A DNA stretch of 64,000 nt, taken from Squalus acanthias. Its lineage: Eukaryota. The notes beneath the pieces are model-generated. The model was not told the DNA's origin. It did not search any database and saw nothing but the letters and a program-made list of their open reading frames with translations. Positions 1 through 12,134 of this stretch are shown in pieces. Positions within the stretch are counted from its first letter, which is position 1; the number at the start of each line of letters is the position of its first letter. Both the position numbers and the translations under genes were made by a program. The stretch lies in NCBI GenBank assembly GCA_030390025.1, contig CM059432.1, positions 100,070,001 through 100,134,000 on the forward strand, given 5' to 3'.

Positions 1-780
1 GACATCGGGAAACCCGACCCAGAAGCGGGAAAATCCAAAAACAGGCTGGAAACTACTGTCAAGTACCTGTTAATAGGCAGGTAATTGCCTTTAATCCATT
101 TTCCGCTGCTAGGTGTCGGGTCCATTCGCAAATTGGGGACCCGACACTTGGGAAAGCTGTTTGGAGGCGGGTTGACGGTGGGTTCGGGACCCGCCGTCAA
201 TCAATAGGACTTAATCTCTGACCCGCCTCTCTGAGTGCCGGCAAAAACGCGGCCTTCGGGTCCTGGGTCTGCAGGCATACGCCTGCATAAAGACCCACCG
301 ATCCCAAAGACGCAGGTGGTTCGGAAGTGTCCCTGGGATCAGGTGGGCCAGGTCCTCCAATCAGAAAGGAGGATTCTAATATGCATATGGGGATTCCATG
401 TCGGAATCCCCAAAAGCATATGAGGAATTCCCAAATAATTAAATAATTTATACAACTGGAATAAAAATAAATGTTCCCATTTTCAAAGTTAATTAAAAGA
501 CTCTTCAATAAAGTATATAAAATAAAAACTAAATTTTTGAAAAATAATTTTAAACATTTTAATCAGGGCCAAAATTTACATAAACTAATTTTAAATGTTT
601 GTGCATGGTTTTTTATTTTTTAATTTTTAATTTAAGATTTATATTAACCCTTACACTGGTGAAAGCAAGCCCTATGCTTGCTTTTACCAGGCATAAGGGT
701 TTCGTGGGCATTTGCTGGAGTGTAGTTGGGCAAATAGCCCAGCTCTGCGCCAGCGAAAGTGAATTCGTAGTCAGTGCCAA
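1..780. mobile_element. Probable fragment of a non-autonomous DNA transposon (Harbinger/MITE-like), cut by the window edge
   Basis: GC/CpG-rich CCCGACCC-type motifs like those in TIR-bounded elements elsewhere in the window, an AT-rich core and local hairpins. No TIR is visible. Confidence 0.35.
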
Positions 781-1727
781 AGTGAGAATTATTACTCATT
801 AATTCTTTAGTGACAGAGTGAACAATTTAGAATAGCACTAAATGTGGTTTTCCACCCCTTTTAACACTAACTTCTATTGCTGCAATCAGTGGAAAAACAA
901 ATCCCCATAATGGGTGTGGAAAGCAGGTTTGAATTATCACATTGTAGTATTGGGAAGGATAGAATGTTAATTTTTCCATCAATGAACGAGAAGATGTTAC
1001 GGAAAAGTGTTCACTATATCGCTACATCTGTGGAGGAACTTAATCATGAATGATCATGGTTATAAATCAGGAGCCAATATAATGACAGGACACAAATAAT
1101 CAATTTGATGTTGTGAAATGAAGAGGGATACTTAGCTGGAGTTATTTCTCTGTCTTTTCACCAGTCTATGAGCAACATTCACAATAGATTTCATTTTGAC
1201 CTCTGCAGACCTGAGTAAAATGGTTTGAGATGCCCAGATTGACAGTGTTGCATTTTCTGGTCATGGTATGGATGTAGAGTTTGTCCACACAATCCAAACA
1301 CTGGGCCTTACATGTTGGTTGGTGAACTCTGGACAGTAACTTTGGAAAGTTACTACACAAACAAATTGTGTTAAAGCTAAACAACTTTATAAAGATGATG
1401 ACAAGTAGTCTTTGAGTTCTACGGGGATATCAGTTGCTTGTACTCAAGGCTGTTGCGTCTTCTTTGATGTTGTCCTCCTTCTTGAGGTGAGCTCCTATTG
1501 CTCTAACCTCCAATTGCAGTGGTCTTTTCGTCCCAATGTCATCTTCTTGTACATTCTTCTTGGTTGGGGCGTGAATACCATTTGTTAGGCCTCAATGATT
1601 GGTAGTTTAGGCTTTGATCATGAGCGTACCTTAAATGATTGACAGGTAAGACAATTGGGGATAGGTGAACCTCATCTCATGTGACTCATCAGAGCCATAT
1701 GTCCTGCCTTTGTTTCACAATTCTATT

Positions 1728-2382
1728 CATAGAATTATAGAATCATAGATATTTACAACACAGAAGGAGGCTATTCGGCCCATCTTGTCCGTGCCGGCTG
1801 ACAAAGAGCTATCCAGCCTAGTTCAACTTTCCAGCACTTCGTCCGTATCCTTGTAGGTTACGGCACTTCAAGTGCATATCCAAGTACTTTTTAAATGTGA
1901 TGAGGGTTTCTGCCTCTACCACCCACTCAGGCAGTGAGTTCCAGACCCCCTCCACCCTCTGGGTGAAAATATTTCTCCTCAAATCCCCTCTAAACCTTCT
2001 ACCAATTACTTTAAATCTATGGTTATCGGCCCCTCTGCTAAGGGAAATAGGTCCTTCCTATCCACTCTATCTAGGCCCCTCATAATTTTATACACCTCAA
2101 TTAGGTCTCCCCTCAGCCTCCTCTGTTCCAAAGAAAACAACCCCAGCCTATCCAATCATACCTCATAGCTAAAATTCCCCAGCCCCGGCAACATCCTCGT
2201 AAATCTCCTCTGCACCATCTCTAGTGCAATCACATCCTTCCTGTAATGTGGTGACCAGAACTGCACACAGTATTCTCGCTACGGCCTAACTAGTGATTTA
2301 TACAGTTCAAGCATAACCTCCCTGCTCTTATATTCTATGCCTCGGCTAATAAAGGCAAGTATCCCGTATGCCTTCTTAACCA
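1728..2382 (-). mobile_element. CR1 LINE, 3' part; continues at 5022-5458
   Basis: Reverse complement of an (ATTCTATG)n tail at 1728-1750, followed by the CR1 ORF2 C-terminus. The sequence resumes at 5022. Confidence 0.9.
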
Positions 2383-5021
2383 GTTTGGGTGGAGATAAGA
2401 AATAGTAAGGGTAAGAAGTCACTGGTGGGAGTAGTATATAGGCCCCCTAACAGTAGCTATACTGTAGGACAGAGTATAAATCAAGAAATAATGGGGGGTT
2501 GTAGGAAAGGTACTGCAATAATCATGGGCAATTTTAATCATCGTATAGATTAGACAGATCAAATTGGCAAGGGTAGCCTTGAGGACGAGTTCATAGAGTG
2601 TATTCGGGATGGTTTCTTAGAGCAATACGTTGAGGAACCAACCAGGGAGCAGGCTGTTTTAGATCTGGTAATTTGTAATGAGACAGGATTAATTAATGAT
2701 CTCATAGTAAAGGATCCCTCGGAAAGTGTGATCATCGCATGGTAGAATTTCAAATTCAGTTTGAGGGTGAGAAACTTGGGTCTGAAACTAGTGTCCTAAA
2801 CTTAAATAAAGGCAATTAAAAGGGTATGAGGACAGAGTTGGCTAAAGTGGACTGGGAAAATAGATTAATGGGTAAGATGGTAGATCAGCAGTGGCAGACA
2901 TTTAAGGAGATATTTCATAACTCTCAGGAAAGGTATATTCCAGTGAGAAAGAAAGATTCTACGAGAAGGATGAACCATCCATGGCTAACTAAGGAAGTTA
3001 AGGATGGTATCAAATTGAAAGAAAAGGCATGCAATGTTGCCAAGATTAGTGGTAGGCCAGAGGATTGGGAAATTTTTAGAAACCAGCAAAGGATGACTAA
3101 AAAAATTATAAAGAGGGAGACAATAGAGTATGAGAGTAAACTAGCAAATAATATAAAAACAGACAGTAAGAGCTTCTACAGGTATATAAAAAGGAAGAGA
3201 GTAGCTAAAGTAAATGTTGGTCCCTTAGAGGATGAGACTGGGGAATTAATAATGGGAAATAGAGAAATGGCAGAGACTCTAAACAATTATTTTGGATCGG
3301 TCTTCATGGTAGAAGACACTAAAAACATCCCAATAATAATAGATAATCAAGGGGCTATAGGGAGGGAGGAACTTAAAACAATCTCTATCACTAGAGAAAA
3401 AGTACTAGGCAAACTAATGGGGCTAAAGGCTGACAAGTCCCCTGGACCTGATGGCCTGCATCATAGGGTCTTAAAAGAAGTGGCAGCAGAGATAGTGGAT
3501 GCATTGGTTGTAATCTACCAAAATTCCCTGGATTCTGGAGAGGTCCCAGCGGATTGGAAAACCGCAAATGTAACGCCACTATTCAAGAAAGGAAGGAGAC
3601 AGAAAACAGGAAACTATAGGCCAGTTAGCCCAACATCTGTCATTGGGAAAATGCTGGAATCCATTATTAAGGAGGTAATAGCAGGACATTTAGAAAATCA
3701 TAAGACAATCAAGCAGAGTCAACATGGTTTTATGAAAGCGAAATTGTGTTTGACAAATTTGCTAGAGTTCTTTGAGGATGTAACAAACAGGGTGAATAAA
3801 GGGGAACCATTAGATGTAGTGTATTTGGATTTCCAGAAGGCATTCGATAAGGTGCCACATAAAAGGTTACTGTACAAGATAAGAGCGCACGGGGTTGGGA
3901 GTAATATATTGGCATGGATAGGGGATTGGCTAACTAACAGAAAACGGAGAGTCGGGATAAATAGGTCATTTTCCGGTTGGCAATCAGTAACTAGTGGGGT
4001 GCCACAGGGATCAGTGCTGGCGCATCAACTATTTACAATCTATATTAATGACTTGGATGAAGGGACCGAGTGTACTGTAGCCAAATTTGCTGATGATACA
4101 AAGATAGGTGGGTTAGCAAGTTGTGAGGAGGACACAAAGTGTCTGCAAAGGGATATAGATAGGTTAAGTGAGTGGGCAAAAATTTGGCAGATGGAGTATA
4201 ATGTGGGAAAATGTGAGGTTATCCACTTTGGAAGGAAGAATGAAAAAGCAAATTATTATTTAAATGGAGTGAGACTACAAAGTGCTGCGGTACAAAGGGA
4301 TCTGGGGGTCCTAGTACATGAAACACAAAAAGTAAGCATGCAGGTACAGCAAGTAATTAGGAAGGCTAATGGAATGTTGGCCTTTATTGCAAGGGGTATG
4401 GAGTATAAAAGTAGGGAAGTTTTGATGCAACTTTACAGGGCGCTGGTGAGACCACACCTGGAGTACTGCGTACAGTTTTGGTCTCCATATTTAAGGAAGG
4501 ATATACTTGCATTGGAGGCAGTGCAGAGAAGGTTCACTACGTTGATTCCTGGGATGAAGGGGTTGACGTATGATGAAAGGTTAAGCAGGTTGGGCCTATA
4601 CTCATTGGAGTTTAGAAGAATGAGAGGTGATCTTATTGAAACATATAAGATTCTGAGGGGGATTGACAGGGTGGATGCTGAGAGGATGTTTCCCCTAGTG
4701 GTGGTATCTAGAACTAGGGGGCCATAGTTTCAGAATAAGGGGTCGCCCATTTAAGACGGAGATGAGGAGGAATTTCTTCTCTCAGAGGGTCATGAATCTT
4801 TGGAATTCTCTACCCCAGAGAGCTGTGGAGGCGGAGTCATTGAATATATTCAAGGCGGAGATTGACAGACATTTGAACTACAAGGGAGTCAAGGGGTATG
4901 GGGAGAGAGCGGGAAAGTGGTGTTGAGGCCAAGATTGGATCAGCCATGATCTTATTGAATGGCAGAGCAGGCTCGAGGGGCTGATTGGCCTACTCCTGCT
5001 CCTGTTTCTTATGTTCTTATG
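2383..5021 (+). mobile_element. 5'-truncated CR1 (HER1-like) LINE inserted into the antisense CR1
   Basis: Partial endonuclease plus RT, 3' stem-loop and (TTCTTATG)n tail. TSD TTAACCA at 2376-2382 and 5022-5028. Confidence 0.95.
2826..4727 (+). pseudogene. CR1 ORF2 reverse transcriptase region (633 aa open); endonuclease part disrupted and C-terminus frameshifted
   Basis: Motifs KSPGPDG, NYRPVS, YLDFQKAFDKV, GVPQGSVL, FADD and LVRPHLEYC. Confidence 0.9.
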
Positions 5022-5458
5022 TTAACCACCTCATCTACCTGTCCTGCTACCTTCAAGGATCTGTGGACATGCACTCCAAGGTCCCTCTGATCCTCTGCAG
5101 TTTTCAGTGTCCTACCATTTATTGCGTATTCCCTTGCCTTGTTAGCCCTCCCCAAATGCATTACCTCACACTTCTCCGGATTGAATTCCATTTGCCACTG
5201 TTCTGCCCACCTGACCAGTCCATTGATATTTTCCTGCAGTCTGCAGCTTTCTTCTTCATTATCAACCACACGGCCAATTTTTGTATCATTTGCAAACTTC
5301 TTAATCATACTTCCTACATTCAAGTCCAAAGCCTTGATATATACCACAAAAAGTAAAGATCCAGTACTGAGCCCTGCGGAACCCCACTGGAAACAGCCTT
5401 CCAGTCAGAAAAACAACCTTTGACCATTACCCTTTGTTTGCCTGCCTCTGAGCCAATT
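5022..5458 (-). mobile_element. CR1 LINE RT fragment, continuation of 1728-2382
   Basis: ORFs 5009..5347(-) and 5320..5511(-) carry GVPQGSVL, KFAND and WQMEFNPEKC. Confidence 0.9.
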
Positions 5459-5570
5459 GTACAAGCTATTGTACAATCATTCCTCTTAATCACCTTATTG
5501 ACAGACTCCACTACCTCCCTGACCTCTTAATTGTCACTTTGTCTGATGTCAGATCACTTTATCTTTATCA

Positions 5571-5884
5571 CTTTAGCAGAGGGGTTAACAACCAGGGGGC
5601 ACAGATTTAAAGTAATTGGTAGGAGGTTTAGAGGAGATTTGAGGGGAAATTTCTTCACCCAGAGGGTGGTGGGGGTCTGGAACTCACTGCCTGAAAGGGT
5701 GGTAGAGGCAGAAACCCTCACCACATTTAAAAAGTGCTTGGATGTACACTTGAAGTGCCGTAACCTACAGGGCTACGGACCAAGAGCTGGAAAGTGGGAT
5801 TAGGCTGGATAGCTCTGTCGGCCGGCGCGGACACGATGGGCCGAAATGGTCTCCTTCCGTGCTGTAAATTTCTATGATTCTATG
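5571..5884 (+). mobile_element. CR1 3'-end fragment
   Basis: Encodes TRGHRFK...FFTQRVVGVWNSLP and ends in an (ATTCTATG)n tail. Confidence 0.9.
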
Positions 5885-5929
5885 ATCTATTGTCAGATTT
5901 AACTGTCTCCACAATCTCTTAATTGCTTT

Positions 5930-6040
5930 AATATAATAAAAACAGAAAATGCTGGAAATACTCAGCAGGTCAGGCAGCATCTGTAGAGAGAGAAACAGAG
6001 TTAACGTTTCCAGGTCGATGACCCTTCGTCAGAACCGGAA
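5930..6040 (-). mobile_element. Penelope-like element terminal unit (family A): ribozyme plus 3' tail only
   Basis: Matches the 3' end of the Penelope at 30121-32249. TSD CTCTTAATTGCTTT at 5916-5929 and 6041-6054. Confidence 0.85.
6000..6035 (-). ncRNA. Minimal type I hammerhead ribozyme motif (family A)
   Basis: GUU-CUGACGA-A-GGGUC-AUC-GACCU-G-GAAA-C-GU-U-AAC, with palindromic AACGUU in place of stem III and one extra G. Confidence 0.7.
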
Positions 6041-6417
6041 CTCTTAATTGCTTTGCTTGATGGCCCCTTTGTTGACAACACAAAAACCTGTTAGGGAACT
6101 AGGTAGTGTCTGTTGGCAGCTTTGAATTCACTGTAGTCTTTAGGCATGTTCCATTTTCAACAGCATTGTCTGGGTTCCAGACGTTCATTCATTTGTCCTA
6201 TCTTTGTACCAGACAACCAGTCTGCATGCAAACCATTGTCTATTCTGATCGTGGGTTGCTTCTTAATCATCTGTTAGTAGCAGGAGTTTGCACCTTCGGT
6301 TGATGTTGCTTAATGTGTAGCGGCATCAGTTTTTTGCAATGGCGTCGAAAAGGTTTAACTTCTCAAATCTCATGAGTTCTGTTTGAAGCAACATAGCAGG
6401 TACTAAGAACAAAATGA

Positions 6418-6450
6418 TGAATGAATGAATGAATGAATGAAGTATGAATG
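6418..6450. repeat. (ATGA)n microsatellite
   Basis: Read directly from the sequence. Confidence 0.9.
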
Positions 6451-7412
6451 CAACCCTTGCTCAAAAAACAAAATTCATAGAAGTTGTCTCAGAGGGGACA
6501 AAATTGTATTTCATGGAACATGATGGTTTAGTGGGATCTCAGGAGGCTATGTGAGAGGCTTATAAAAGCAGTGATTACCATCAGCTTGATATCTTACAGT
6601 ACTCAGAAAATAGCATGAGGAGTATGATCTTAATTGGATGATTTAAAAAAAAAATTCTCAGAACAGCATATCAAAGAATGGAGAACTGCATAAATTAATG
6701 GCAAAATAATTGAATTTAATGTGCTGAATCTGTCTTATTTAGGATAAGAAGTGTGCTTTATGAATGAGGGTATGACCAGATGCAGTTATTGAGAAAGCAA
6801 CAAAATGCAGGTAATTTTTTTGAGTTAACAACTGGGGGAGGAAATTAGGGGAATAAAGAACTTTTGAAAAATGAGGCATTCAGAGAGTTTTACCCAATGT
6901 TGTGCATTCATGACAGAAATCAAGGAAAACCCAAAGATGTTTTATAAATACAAAAAGAGCAAGAGGATAGCTAAAGAAAGAGTAGGGCCTAATAGAGGCC
7001 AAAAAGGTAACCTGTATGTTGAGGTGGAAGGTGTAGGTATGGCTTTTAATGAATATTTTGCATCTGTCCTCACAAAACAGAGGGACGATGCAGACATTGT
7101 AGTTCAGGAGGAGGAGTATGAAATATTAGATGAGATAAACATAGAGAGAGAGGAAATATTAAGAGGTTTAGCATCTTTCAAAGTGGATAAATCGCCAGGC
7201 CCAGATGATGTATCCCAGACTGTTAAGAGAAGCAAGGGAGGAAATAGTGGAGGCTCTGACCGTCATTTTCCAATTTTCTCTGGCTACAGGTGCTGGAGGA
7301 CTGGAAGAGTGCTAATGTTGTACTGTTGTTTAAAAAGGGAGAAAGGGATAGACTGAGTAATTATAGGCCAGTCAGCCTAACCTCTGTCGCTGGCAATTTA
7401 TTGGTCATCCCT

Positions 7413-7566
7413 AATTACATAGGATTACATAGGATATACGGCACAGAAACAGGCCATTTGGCCCAACCAGTCTATGCCGGCGTTTATGCTCCACATGAGC
7501 CTCCTCACATCTTTCCTCATCTAAATCTCAGCATAACCCTCTATTCCCTTCTCCCCCATATGCTTG
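7413..7566 (-). mobile_element. CR1-type 3'-end fragment inside the LTR
   Basis: Reverse-complement tail repeat ATTACATAGG x2, followed by the CR1 terminal stem-loop. Confidence 0.7.
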
Positions 7567-8125
7567 TTGTGCAAGCCTTTCTCTTACTACTATTCGGACC
7601 TCAAGAATTATAAATAACTGTAACGATGACAGATAAGTATGTGATCAATAAAATTGATCTTTATTCACACTACATTTCAAAATTCAAGTGTACATCACAA
7701 TCAATATGCTCCCAATTTACCGTACAAAAAAGTACTCCCCAGCAACTTATACGCTAACTCCTGGCAATTTATATTCCAAGTCAACCGTAGATAAAAGTAC
7801 CCTTTAACAATATCTAAGCTCTATGTCCGACTTTCATACATACTCCTTTATCTCTGGGTGATCAGTCTAGAAAAGTTGTAAGTTTCAAACTGAGACTAGC
7901 CAGCTTTCTTTGTTCTTCCTTCTTTCTGAATTTCCCGCCTCTGGGTCACTTCTTTTATAGTGCCTTACTGCTGGCCTCCCTTGTATATCACCATCTGCCT
8001 CCTTCTGATAGGACAGTTTCACTCCAAACATTCCCTGATTGGAGTTCCTTCTGCATGACATGTTCATGTTCCTGTGATGTGTGTGGGGGCGGGACTTCCT
8101 CTTCAACCCGTGTTTCTCCTTCCTG

Positions 8126-8595
8126 TGTCAGCTGCGACTCTGTTGGTAGCACACTCGCCTCTGAGTCAGAAGGTTGTGGGTTCAAGTTCCACTCCAGGGA
8201 CTTGAGCACATAAAGCTAGGCTGACACTGCAGTGCAGTGCTGAGGGAGTGCTGCACTGTTGGAGGTGCCATCTTTCGGATGAGACGTTAAACCAAGGCCC
8301 CGTCTGCTCTCTCAGGTGGACGTAAAAGATCCCATGGCACTATTTTGAAGAAGAGCAGGGGAGTTATCCCCGATGTCCTGGCCAATACTTATCCCTCAAC
8401 CAACATAACAAAAACAGATTATCTAGTCATTATCACATTGCTGTTTGTGGGAGCTTGCTGTGCGCAAAGTGGCTACCGCATTTCCCACATTACAACAGTG
8501 ACTCCACTTCAAAAGTACTCCATTGGCTGTAAAGCGCTTTGAGATGTCCGGTGGTCGCGAAAGGCGTTATATAAATGTAAGTCTTTCTTTTCTTT
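8126..8595 (+). mobile_element. Full-length SacSINE1-like DeuSINE
   Basis: tRNA-like head with B box GGTTCAAGT, Deu-domain-like core (CGGATGAGACGTTAAACC...GATCCCATGGCAC), L2-like tail and (TCTT)n end. Confidence 0.85.
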
Positions 8596-11500
8596 CTGTC
8601 CATGTGGCCTCACAAACAAAGGACCATATGCTGACTACCAGGCAAAGGACCCCCTGCTGATTTCTGCCATTTTGTGTCTTCACAACCAACGGAACACATG
8701 CTGACTTCCTACATTTTGAATACTCCATAACCATTTAACAATTTGTTCTGAACTTCGATCTCCACACGATAGCAACGGTTTTATTACGGTTTTAAGAATC
8801 TTACACCTCAGTGGTGGGCAAATTATTGGAAAAACTTCTGAGGGACAGTATTGATCATCATTTAGAAAGGCACAGATTAATCAAGGACAGTCAGCATGGA
8901 TTTGTTAAGGGAAGGTCGTGTCTGACTAACTTGAGTGAATTTTTTGAGGAGGTAACAAGGAGGGTCGATGAGGGTAGCGTGTTTGATGTAGTCTACATGG
9001 ATTTTAACAAGGCTTTTGACAAGGTCCCACGTGGCAGACTGGTCAGAAAAGTAAAAGCCCATGCGATCCAAGGGGAAGTGGCAAGTTGGATCCAAAATTG
9101 ACTCAGAGGCAGGAAGCAAAGGGTAATTATCGACAGGTATTTTTGTAACTGGAAATCTGTTTCCACTGGGGTTCCACAGGGCTCAGTACTAGGTCCCTTG
9201 CTTTTTATGGTATATATCAATGATTTAGACTTCAATGTAGGGGGCATGATTAAAAAGTTTGCAGATGATAGAAAAATTGGCCGTGTGGTTGATAGTGAGA
9301 CTGCAGGAAGATATCAATGGACTGGTCAGATGGGCAGAAAAGTGGGAAATGGAATTCAATCTGGAGAAGTGTGAGGTAATGCATTTGGGGAGGGCTAACA
9401 AGGCAAGGGAATGCACAATAATTGGTGGGATACTGAGAAGTGTAGAGGAACAGAGGGACCCTGGAGTGCATGCCCATAGATCCTTGATGGTAGCAAGACC
9501 GGTAGATAAGATGTTTAAGAAGGCATACGGGATACTTTACTTTATTAGCTGAGGCATAGAATATAAGAGCAGGGAAGTTATGCTTGAACTGTATGAAACA
9601 CTAGTTAGGCCACAGCTAGAGTACTGCGTACAGTTCTGGTCACCACATTACAGGAAAGATGTGATTGCACTAGAGAGGGTACAGAGGAGATTTACGAGAA
9701 TGATGCCAGGACTGGAAAATTTTAGCTATGAGGAGAGATTTGATAGGCTGGGGTTGTTTTCTTTGGAACAGAAGAGGCTGAGGGGAGACTTAATTGAGGT
9801 GTATAAAATTATGAGGGGCCAAGATATAGTGGAGAGGAAGGACCTATTTCCCTTAGCAGAGAGTTCAGTAACCAGGGGGAATAGATTTAAAGTAATTGGT
9901 AGAAGGATTAGAGGGGAGTTGAGGAGAACTTATTTTACCCAGTGAGTGGTTGGGGTCTGGAAATCACCGCCTGAAAGGGTGCTAGAGGCAGAAACCCTCA
10001 TCATATTTAAAAAGTACTTTGATATGCATTTGAGGTGCTGTACCTACAGGGCTATGGGCCAAGAGCTGGAAAGTGGGATTAGGTTGGATAGCTCTTTTTT
10101 AGCGGCACAGACAATGATGGGCTAAATAGCCTCCTTCTGTGCTGTAAATTTCTATGATTCTAACATCCCACTTCCCCCTCCTTACACAATCTCTTCTGAC
10201 TTACATGCTGCAGATGGTGTAAGCATGCACCGCTTACTTTCTCCTCTCCCCTCACCACAAATTTACCCTTGTCCATTTGCCCTTACAGATACCCATTAAC
10301 TGCAACCTGCCCAGGCAGTGGAGGAAGATCAAGAAGACAGTGATGATGAAGACACACCGTCACTTGATTTCACACTCGCAGCCACCAGCTCAGATAATGA
10401 CACTGCACGAATCTTAAAGAATAGCATAGAGGCGGGATCTGCATGTGGTGAGACATCGGGGAGAAAGTGCGCTACAACCAGGGTAGGGGCCAAGGATAGC
10501 CCAGGTACTCGCTCATCGGAGGGTGAGGTCGCACACGAGTTCTGCTTCAGATAACTCAGATGAGGACTTTGATGGGCCAGGTTACAGAAGAAAGCTGACA
10601 GGTGTACACAATGAAATGCTTGGTGCATTTGGAAGCCTGCCAGAGCCTGAGTCTGGCACCAGCTTGGGATTTGTGCAGATCTTGGAGCCCATCCTTTCCA
10701 GCATGGTACTGGTGGCCAACTCCATTAGCACACTTGTTGAACAAACCATGATGCAGTGTCTGATGGCCGATGTCTCAGCTTCTATCGTAGCACAAGCAGC
10801 TTCCACCTAAAGTCTGAGTGCTGCAGTGGAAACTTAGACTGCTGTCATGCATGGTCAGCTGGCTGCCATGCAAGCTCAAACTGCTGCCACCATAGCTGTG
10901 GATACTAGTGTTCAAAGGGTCTTCCAGGGTGTCACAGCAGTCCAGCAATCTGTCATCTAACAGATGACTAGGATTGCTGAGGCGCCGCCCCGGGGGAGTG
11001 CCAGCGGCTCAATGGAGCACAAACCTGCTGTCCTCTCTCAGGATGACAGCATTAGTAATCCCACCCCTGCCACTCCGCCGTTGCCCTTGCTGTTGCCTGT
11101 CAGCTAGCCAGCCCAGACTGCTGCTGCCCATGCCAAGATGGTGCAATCTGAAGCCGGGCCTTCTAGGCTCAGAACTGCTCGAGGTCATCTTCCAAGGCCA
11201 TCTGCAGTCTCCCCCACTGAAAGTCATCAGCCTTCCACCAGCCATGCAGCAGCCACTGGGGTAGCACTTTGTAGGAGCACAAGGCCCCGCAAATGTACCA
11301 AAGGAATGCAGAAGGGTGATTTGTTTATTTGTGAATGCAATATGGCATGATTTAATTTATCAATTTGGATTGGAATGTGTATTTTGTGTTGGCTTTTATT
11401 TTTGCATTGTGGCCAAGAGGACGATGTGATGGTCAGTGACAGAGGGAAGATAAGGAGTGTGAGACTGTTGGTGAATGGGGAATTGGGGTTGAGGTTACTG

Positions 11501-12050
11501 CTATCGCACTTGAATTAGTTCTTCACATGCAGCCCGGGCAGAAAGGGGCTGTGTAAGTTGCAGAATCCCTTCCTCTTTCTCCTCTTCTGCCACCTCCTCC
11601 TCCTCCTCCTCCTCCTCCTCCTTGTGCTCCTGCTCCTCAGCTTCTCGTCTGATAGGTGGCGGCAAGGGCTGTTCCCTCATGATGACAAGGTTGTGCAGCA
11701 TGCAGCATGCCACCACAAATCTTGAGATCCCTCAGCCGAGTGCTGCAGGGCTCCTCCGGAGTGGTCCAGGCAGCAAAATCGTTGCTTTAGCATGCCAATG
11801 GTCTGCTCTATCTGATTTCTTGTGGCAGTATGGCTTTCATTGTATGCATGTTTTGCATGTGTGCATGTGCGAACCGGAGTCATGAGCCATGTTGGCAGCA
11901 GATAGTCCTAGTCGCCCAGTTTGCCGTGGTGGCTGAAATTCAGATGGCACAGCAAACTGCCGCAAAATGAAGGCATCATGACTAATGTGCCCTTTAATTT
12001 TTTTTGGTGTGCAATTCCTTTAAGCGGCTTCGCGGCCCATTCAACTTTTT

Positions 12051-12079
12051 GCGCATGCGCGGTTTCTCCCATATAAAAG
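12051..12079 (+). promoter_or_regulatory. NRF1-like palindrome GCGCATGCGC and TATA box TATAAAAG
   Basis: Motifs at 12051-12060 and 12072-12079 in a CpG-rich patch. Function is inferred only. Confidence 0.45.
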
Positions 12080-12134
12080 CCAGTGAGCGGCCTGCGTGGG
12101 CCCTCCAAAATGATAGCAAAAAATAACAAAAAGA

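Larger units (their letters stand above)
5460..6410 (-). mobile_element. Possible very old RTE-like LINE relic, interrupted by younger inserts
   Basis: Frameshifted minus-strand peptides (ENG.MPKD.YSE and QRGHQAKQLRDC) loosely resemble an RTE C-terminus. Weak. Confidence 0.3.
7385..8805 (-). mobile_element. Solo LTR (about 0.8 kb without its inserts)
   Basis: TG...CA termini and a 4-bp TSD CCTC (7381-7384, 8806-8809) that precisely interrupts the CR1. Minus-strand TATAAAA near 7955 and AATAAA near 7660. Confidence 0.8.
6908..10161 (+). mobile_element. Degenerate 5'-truncated CR1 LINE split by a solo LTR
   Basis: NYRPVSLTS breaks at 7384 and resumes as VVGKLLE at 8811. RT motifs continue to the ATTCTATG tail near 10160. 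Confidence 0.92.

Noticed and set aside
1165..1720. Strong acceptor at 1164 and an LTR-like or Penelope-like segment
   Set aside because: The donor is weak, the peptide is unrecognised, and I could not define termini or a TSD.
8126..8200. tRNA gene
   Set aside because: This is the tRNA-derived head of a SINE and continues into the SINE body.
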